From assembly GCF_018350175.1 (NCBI RefSeq), contig NC_058368.1, positions 29,142,001-29,206,000 on the forward strand: a DNA stretch of 64,000 bases, written 5' to 3'. The position numbers and the translations under genes are program-made. Every line of letters begins with the position of its first letter. Position 1 is the stretch's first letter. Positions 53,620 to 64,000 of the stretch are shown here, in pieces. The notes under the pieces were generated by a model, which saw nothing but the letters and a program-made list of their open reading frames with translations, ran no database searches and was not told the DNA's origin. Source of the stretch: Felis catus (lineage: Eukaryota).

Positions 53620-55895
53620 TTTTAAGTTTATTTTATTTATTTTTGAGAGAGAGACAGAGAAAGCAGGAGGGGCAGACATAAAGGAAGAGAGAGAGAATGA
53701 GAGAGAATCCCAAGCAGGATCTGCGCTGTCAGCACAGAGCTCGATGTGGGGCTCAAACTCACGAGCCATGAGATCATGACCTGAGCTGAAATCAAGGTTG
53801 GACGCTTAACCGACTGAGCCACCCAGGTGCCCCAATACATTCTTTAAAACAAACAAAAAGGTGGCACTTCTGCCTATGGCAAAGTCAAGATTCAGGTCAG
53901 CAAATCCTATACCCACAGAATATGAAAATGGTTAAAATCCTAAAGAATTTAACAAAAACTACTAGAATAAAAACGTTTAGTAGGGTGACAGAATACATGA
54001 TCAAAATACAAAAATCAATTATACTTCCATATACTAGAAACCAACAACTCAATTTCATTTATGATAAAACATCTAAAAGAACAAAATATTTAGGAATAAA
54101 TTTAGGAAACAAGACCAATACACTGAAGATAACATGCTGAGAGAAATTAAGAATCTATTATAAATGGAGACACTCTAAACCCTGTGCATTGGTCAGGATA
54201 CTCAATACTGTTTTGATGGCAATTTTCTCCAAATTGGTCTACAAATTCAATGCAATCCATATAAAACTCTCAGCAAGCTTTTCTGCAGAAATTGACATGC
54301 TAATCCTAAAACTCAAATGGAAATAAAAGAAACCCTGTATAGCCAAAAGAATCTTGAACAAAGTGGGAGGACATGCATTTCAAATTTCAAATATACTATA
54401 AAGCAACAGTAATCAAGATAGTGTGGTATTGGCATAAGGAAAAAGTGGAATTGATAAACTATGGCTTATTTATATAATGAAATACCAAATAGCAGTTAAA
54501 AACAGATAAACTTGGGGCACCTGGGTGTCTCAGGTGGTTAAGCATCCAACTCTTGGTTTTGGCTCAGGTCATGATCTCATGGCTTGTGAGTTTGAGCCCC
54601 CACATTGGGCTCTCCACTGTCAGCACAGAGCCTGCTTTGGATCCTGTCTCCCTCTCTCTGCCACCCCCCACCCTCCCTCCCTCTCTCTTTCTCAAAAATA
54701 AATAAACATTTTTTTTTTAAAAATGGATAAACTAGCCCTACATGTATCAACACAGATATGTCTCAAGATGCGAAAACACTGCATATTGTTCCGTCAACTT
54801 TTAAATACACAAAGTAACAGTTTGTAATTTTTATGGGCTTATATATAACCTAAACGTGACTTGGAATGATCTATAACAATTTCAGAATAGCAGCTACCTC
54901 TAGGGATGTGGGAGAACTTTGTAACTACTTCTATAGTATTTCTTTCTTTATAAATTTTTTAATTTTTAAGGTTTTTTTAGAGAGAGTGAGAAAGAGTATG
55001 CACATGCAAGCAGGGGAGGGAGGCAGAGGGAGAGAATCTTTTTTTCTTAAAGTTTATTTATTTTGAGAGAGACAGAGATATCCCAAGTGGGGGAGGATCA
55101 GAGAGCAAGGGAAGAGAGAGAGAATCTCAAGCAGGCTCCACCCTGCCACAACACAGAGCCTGATGTGGGCCTCAAACTCACAAGTAACTGTGAGATCATG
55201 ACCTGGGCAGAAACCAAGAGTCAGACACTTAGCTGACTGAGTCACCAAGGCACCCCAAGAGAGAAAGAATCTTAAGCAGGCTCCACACTCAGTGCAGAGC
55301 CCAATGCGGAGCTCAGTCCCATGACCCTGGGATCATGACCTGAGACGAAATCAAGAGCTGAGCACTCAACCATCTGAGCCACCCAGGCGCCCCAAATATT
55401 TCTTTAAAAAATAAAATCTGGAGAAAGTGTGGCAAAATGTTAGCATCTATTTATCTAATGATGCATAGTATATATTTTTTGCATTTTTCTACTTTGCATG
55501 TGTATTAAAATGTATTAACATATTTACATAAAACATAAAGCTATATGTATGAGGAATAATTCTGTAATCACAAAACTATTTTCATTTTTATGTATTCTTT
55601 TCTTTAGTCATTTGAATATCATCAAAATAACAGAGTACAAAATTTTTCATAATATTTATTCTCTATCAAGAATTCAGTGTTTTAGGAGCACCTGGGTGGC
55701 TCAGTCAGTCAAATGTCCAACTTTGGCTTGGGTCATGATCTCACAGCCTGTGAGTTTAAGCCGCGCATTGGGCTCTGTGCTGAGCTCAGAGCCTGGAGCC
55801 TGCTTCAGATTCTGTGTCTCCCTCTCTCTCTGCCCTTTGCCTGCTCACACTCTGTCTCTCTCTCTCAAAAATAAATAAGCATAAAAAAAAAAAAA
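53620..55895. mobile_element. Intron 5 repeat block: SINE 53620-53833(-), L1 ORF2 piece ~53900-54450(+), SINE 54513-54720(+), SINE 55048-55256(-) nested in older SINE ~54950-55393(-), SINE 55685-55895(+)
   Basis: Heads, tails and the nesting junction (agaatctt on both sides) read directly. Confidence 0.82.
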
Positions 55896-56053
55896 GAATT
55901 CTGTATTTTAATTTTTTCCAATTATTTCAAAAATTTTTTAAGTTTTTCCATGAGTCCCAAAGACTTTAATGCATAATTGAGAATCAGGGCAATATAGAAG
56001 TCAACTATTTTAGTTTGTGTGGGTAGGAGAAAATGTAAGAATGAAGTTCTTAC

Positions 56054-56188
56054 TTGCTGAGTTTGTCTAAACTCTTCCAATAGTTTTAGTGCCATATCAT
56101 AATCTTTCAGCAAATGGTATGCAATAGCATATCCAATCCAGGAAGCACGCTGCGTTGGGCGCAACTGAAGAAGCTGATACCTTGTCTC
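56054..56188 (-). CDS. NAA16: NAA16 exon 5 (135 nt): [45 protein letters not shown]
   Basis: ORF 55922..56164; acceptor T-tract TAG, donor GTAAGA. Confidence 0.96.
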
Positions 56189-58200
56189 CTAAAAAAAAAA
56201 ATAATTAAAAATTGTCTTTTTCTCTTTTCACTTTAACTGTCTCTAAAATATTTGTATTTCAACACAGAGCTGTAAGAAAACAATTTAATGCCTTTAATTC
56301 CTTTCTAATGAATTCAAGGAATAAACATCAGTTCCTGAATAAAATAGAAATAGTTTTTATGTTCTTATCTAAATTACTTAAGTTCTAGAATACTCTGTTA
56401 ATGCTCACTGTAAAGCTTTTACTAAAAAGCTATTCTTGGGGCCCATGCTTTTGGGTTCCCTTATAAAATTACTTTTATATAATGCATATTTCTTTTGGTA
56501 ACTAAACATCTTTGAAGAGAGACTAAGATACCTTTTTATTAAACTAAATTCTGCTGTTTATAAAATCACTGTGTGAAATTATAATGTATTCACATTGTTA
56601 CAAGAAGCTCCAGAAGCAGGGCGGACAAAGCCTGAGCAAACACTCAAACACCAGCCTGGAATTTTCTAACAGAACACTGCTGCCACTTGAAGACAGTGTA
56701 ATAATAACGTAAGACATTAGGGAGAAAACCCCAGAAATTCCACCAGGGCTACCCCGAAGAATCCAGACATCTTCACTAGCACAAAATACAACCTTCCTAC
56801 ACAGCCCCCACCCCTTCACAGCTCATATTGACTCTGAGTTTTAGGTGCGTACAACTGCGTGGGGAAACAGGGTCTCACAAAGAACACTAGCTGCAATGAA
56901 GTTCTGAAAATGTAGTGTTTTTAGCTTCTGTTGTTGGTGCCAAGTGAGTCCATCCACACTATATGTCACAAGGAGAACATGATCAGTCTTTTCAAGAAAA
57001 AGATCTTTGAGCAAACGATTTAGACAGTATCACTCCTCTCCTCTTGTGTGCCTGGTTCATTTTAGGCACATGAAATTAAGCTGTGTTACTCCCATCTTTC
57101 CTTTTTACCACTGTTTCTGTCACTTCCTTTCTTCATTAAAGTCTGGGTCAGTTTTCTTCTCTCTGCCAAATCCCGCCACTATCCTGCTGCAAATGCAACA
57201 CTGTGGATCACCCATCCAAAACAAGCTATTGTCTTAGAATCAAGATTTCCTCATCTTTAATGATCTCCTTTACCCCACTTCAGGGACCCATGAGACGTTA
57301 CTGCAACCACACCCTAGACCTTACTACCACCCAGAAATCATAAATTCAGATATCTCACTCTCTGGCCAACACTCTTATTCAGTGGCATTCCTACCCTTGT
57401 TCTGGGAAACCACCAGTACCTCTGGTTCCTTAGGTCCTTCACTTCTAACCACTGCTCTTGTATCTTCACTACCCCTTTTAGCAAGCACAGTTTGCCAATA
57501 TTCTTAATTTCCTTGCCTCATTCCTATGGATAACTGATTTTAACTCCCACCGCACCTAGGCTAAACGAAAAAATCATGATCTGGAAGAATGATACCTTTA
57601 TTAAGCTCAGCAGAATGCTCGAAACCTGCAAAAATCTAGGCACAGGGTATAAGGATTTGTATGGTAGAAGACAAAAGTAAAAAGTAAATGAAAGAACTTA
57701 ATTTATTTAAAGAGAACTGTTAAGAGTTGGTGGTCTCCTTCATATAAGGGAGAGAATTCCATTGTGGACATACTGAAGTCAGGGTACTCAATGGAGTAAG
57801 CACACGGAGATACCCAGCAGATTGGAAGGTGCCAGTATGAAGAGGTCTGGACCAGAGAAAGACTGCTTTATAGCGATCCTGCCACATCATTTTATATTTA
57901 CTAACCCATAACAGAGAAAGCTAATTAATCCCTACATTTAGCTTTCAATTATAAAAGCTTTGTTTACCAAAGCTGTAAATAGGAGGTAGTCCTTGCACAT
58001 AGGAGGTAGTCTAGTTTTTTAAAAAGCATTAAATGAATAAACAGTTACCCTCTTTTTATGATTAACTATGTAGTTCCACAACTATTAACTGGGGAAGAAT
58101 GTCTCAGGTGACCTTCCCCTTCTGCTATAGATGATAATGAACAATCAAATCTATATAGTCTTGGCCTATGCTCATCTCATTCTGAACCCAAATGTTTTCA

Positions 58201-60587
<2,387 letters not shown>

Positions 60588-60729
60588 TTAACCTCTATTT
60601 ACGCACAAAGAATTCATATTCTCTTAGCACTATTTTATTTTGTTTAGCTCTTAGTACTATTTTAATATGATATCTGCCAATGCTTACATTATTTGTCTTT
60701 TTAATCACATAGTTAGAAACTTCTCTCCA

Positions 60730-60914
60730 GAGAGCCAAAGCATAAGAGACTCTTAAAAACTGAGAACAAACTGAGGGTTGATGGGGGGTGGGTGATGGGC
60801 ACTGAGGAGGGCACCTTTTGGGATGAGCACTGGGTGTTGTATGGAAACCAATTTGACAATAAATTTCATATATTGAATAAATAAATAAACAAACAAACAA
60901 ATAAATAAATAAAA
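60730..60914 (+). mobile_element. Young 5'-truncated felid L1 3' end
   Basis: Perfect 15-bp TSD agaaacttctctcca (60715-60729 and 60915-60929). Confidence 0.88.
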
Positions 60915-62385
60915 AGAAACTTCTCTCCAATACAAAAAGTAAAACTACATTTAAGTATTTACTGAAGCTTAGCCTGAATCCTTTTCTGAAATCCCTTAGG
61001 CTACGACTGAGGACTAGGGACTGAAATCCCTTAGGCTAGGACTCCTACAATGCTTTCTGCCTTTTAGAAGACTGTACAAAGGGGGTTGAGATTATTCTGC
61101 TGAGAAAAGGTAACACCGAGTCCTGTTGAGTTAACTCTACTACAGTGGCTCCACAGCTTTCATCCAAGAGCACTTCTATCCACCATCTGATTTACACCCC
61201 ACAAAAACAATCTTCCTTAGCAAAGAGATGTATGCAATGTAAAAATAAGCCTATTCAGTATTGGAACACACTTTATTTTTGGCCACAAGTTTATTCCAAC
61301 TAATTCTAGTTGGAATATCAGTTTGCATTTCAAGAGTATAAGACTGGTGGAGTAGCAACCCAAGAATATATTTAAGGCAGCTAATGAAAGATGGCTTATA
61401 ATGAAATGATTCCCTGAATAAATCCATAAGCAGGGAATGAGACAAGAACAATGGTTTTCAAATGATCTCTGTGGACTCTGGTTTTCAGAACACAGTGATT
61501 CAGCAGTCAGACCCCTACAAACATCCTCATTTATCTATCATTTTATACACATTTATCTGTTTTTTCCACCTGCTGCACTTTGGATAAGGGTTCCATGGAG
61601 AAAAAAACTTGAAAACAAGCTTTACATTTTTAAAATTCTATGAAATGAAGACTTCTTTCCATTTCCTTCAAAGAATGTTTTCAATGTTATTCGAAAGCTG
61701 AGCAGAGTTAGCCTATTTTCTCAAGAAGATGGTCTCAAGAGTTACCCTCGTCTAATATTCAGAGACCCCAATTAGCTGTGCTCTGCTGTAGGACCATAAC
61801 TTGCATGTCTCACCTGATCCATCCTTTAAATAAACACTGGTCACCAGTGAAAAAGGATGAGACAAGCAAATACAGACCTATTAACACCCTGCTAACAACT
61901 CAAGACAAACAATTTAATGGTAAATCAATAGTATCTAATTTAAGTATTTATATAGAAAGGTCAGCATATATATAAAAAAGACATCTACCAAAGAATAAAA
62001 TACATCTGACTATTTTTATACTACTTCTGTATTGCAGATATGATCCTCATTTCAGACAAGAAATCAAAGTATAAATTTAAGTCCTATTCAAAGTAATAGA
62101 TGAAATGACATCTATAAAAGTACTGTTATATACTCCAATTATTCCCCAACAGATCAACCAGTCACTTATCTGAAAGTAAAGACTGTGCATACACCTAAGC
62201 ATAATAAATGGAAAGTGACCTAGAATAAGATTGATAAAACACATAACCAAAAATGTTTATATACTCTAATAGAGAGCTACAAGGCATGGAATCTGGAAGT
62301 ATTCTTCTTTCACTGTTAGGAATCCTATCTGTCTGATTTTGGAATTACAGTTCCCCAAAGCAGTCTCTCACAGATGAGGCAATAC

Positions 62386-62470
62386 CTCCATGTTCAGCAA
62401 ATTTTGGATTTGAAAGAATCATCTTGCAAAACTTGAGGCCATTTTTGTACTGCTTCTGTTCGTAACATTT
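62386..62470 (-). CDS. NAA16: NAA16 exon 2 (85 nt): [28 protein letters not shown]
   Basis: Manual translation; acceptor TTACAG, donor GTATTG. Confidence 0.95.
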
Positions 62471-62724
62471 CTGTAAAGAAATATGAACAAGAATTAATTA
62501 ATAAAATGAACAGAGAGCAACTTTTCGTTGCATTATATAAATTCTAAATTTAAGATCCAAAAGTAGGTTTAAAATATATACAATGGGAAGGTTTTATACC
62601 AATTTAAATCACTTATAGCATGAAGTATATTTCATAAACTACTCCTTGCCAAGTTGTGCTAGTATGAGTATTTTCACTTTTATAGAAGAAAAGGAAAAAA
62701 AATACTTAATAAATAGGGAATTTA

Positions 62725-63174
62725 GGGGCATCTGGGTGGCTCAGTTGGCTAAGCGTCTGACTCTTGATTTCGGCTCACGTCATGATCTCGCAGTTCATGG
62801 GTTCGAGCCCCGTGTAGGGCTCTCTGCTGTCAGTGCAGTCTGTTTCAGATCTTCTGTCTCCTCTCTCTCTCCCCCTCCATCACTTGCTCTCTCTTTCTCT
62901 CTCTCTCTCTCAAAAATAAATAAACATTTAAAAAAATACAAATAAAAATAGGGAATTTAAGGGGCGCCTGGGTGGCACAGTCGGTTAAGCATCTGACTTC
63001 AGCTCAGGTCATGATCTCACAGTCTGTGAGTTCGAGCCCCACATCGGGCTCTGTGCTGACAGCTCAGAGCCTGGAGCCTGCTTCAGATTCTGTGTCTCCC
63101 TCTCTCTCTGCCCCTCCCCTGCTCATGCTCTGTCTCTCTCTGTTCCAAAAATAAATAAAAACATTGAAAAAAAA
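62725..63174 (+). mobile_element. Two tandem Can-SINEs, followed by (AC)n at ~63193-63226
   Basis: TSD aatagggaattta flanks the first copy. Confidence 0.88.
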
Positions 63175-63189
63175 TGAAACCAAGGCATG

Positions 63190-63226
<37 letters not shown>

Positions 63227-63479
63227 CTACTGTATGTCCATACAAAACCTATTATATCTCATATGTATTCCTTAAGGTAGGTGTCATTACCTCCTCCCTA
63301 CAGACATAGAAACTGAAATGTAAGAGTTCATAAAATTTGTTTATAAGTGGCTCAGTGTACTTGCAAACTCTGGTCTGACTCCAAAGACCATGATCTTTCC
63401 ATCACTAGTCTAATACATGTGTGAGCAACACCTAAGTGCCACCAGCCAGGCTCAGTAACCAGCGACTGTCCACCACAGC

Positions 63480-63905
63480 CACTGATCACATGAACATCTC
63501 ATCATCTTCCAAATGAGACAGGCATGTCTCATTTAAACTGCCATGCATGCTCTTTCCAGCACTCAACATGCCAAGTTTATGCCCACTTCAGGGCCTCTGC
63601 ACGTGTTCCTTCTACACGTGAAATGTTCTTCCCCAGAGCTTCCTTACTAGTGGAATCTCACATGTCACCTGCCTGACCACTCTAACACTGCCAGTCTCCC
63701 ACCCCCCCCCACACACAAAACATACACTCTCTATCATGTTACTCCATTTTCTACACCACACTATCATTCCCTGAAATTGTTATTTGATTACTTATTTAGT
63801 GTCTGTCTTCTTCACCATGCTGTATAACCTCCATGAGAACAGAGATCTTGTCTATTTTAAACGCTGCATCCTCAGAGTCTACACAAATTAGAACTGCTCA
63901 ATAAA
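63480..63905 (+). mobile_element. L2 3' end fragment
   Basis: cagggcctctgcacgtgttcc...ctccatgagaacagagatcttgtc...gctcaataaata. Confidence 0.65.
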
Positions 63906-64000
63906 TACAGTATACTAAAAAATATAAATACGAGGCACTTGGGTGGGTCAGTCAATTAAGTGTTCAACTTTGGCTCAGGTCATGATCTCACGGTTCTTGA

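Noticed and set aside
29157..58012. Scattered 12-18 bp micro-duplications (near 29157, 41126 and 57979)
   Set aside because: Two-copy slippage events with no regular repeat-spacer array; nothing CRISPR-like.

Overview
This is mammalian genomic DNA, most likely from a felid, judging by the young Can-SINE and L1 copies. The window holds exons 2-20 and the 3' UTR of NAA16 (NatA auxiliary subunit, NAA15 paralogue) on the minus strand; exon 1 lies beyond position 64000. I mapped the 19 coding exons by hand from GT/AG boundaries. They join in frame, total 2541 nt including the stop, and give the 864-aa length I recall for human NAA16 if exon 1 adds 54 coding nt. Intron 3 is a U12-type (minor spliceosome) intron. 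The introns are dense in Can-SINEs (about 40), L1 fragments, Tigger/hAT DNA-transposon relics, an MLT1-type LTR and microsatellites. The most notable non-routine signals are a ~216-nt fold-back palindrome in intron 12, a candidate 143-nt poison exon in intron 13, a CTCF-like site with its upstream motif, an internal L1 piece flanked by an unusually long duplication, several tail-only retro-insertions and a templated-insertion repair scar. I found no convincing novel multi-gene system. Repeat family names are from recall of consensus sequences and repeat boundaries are approximate.
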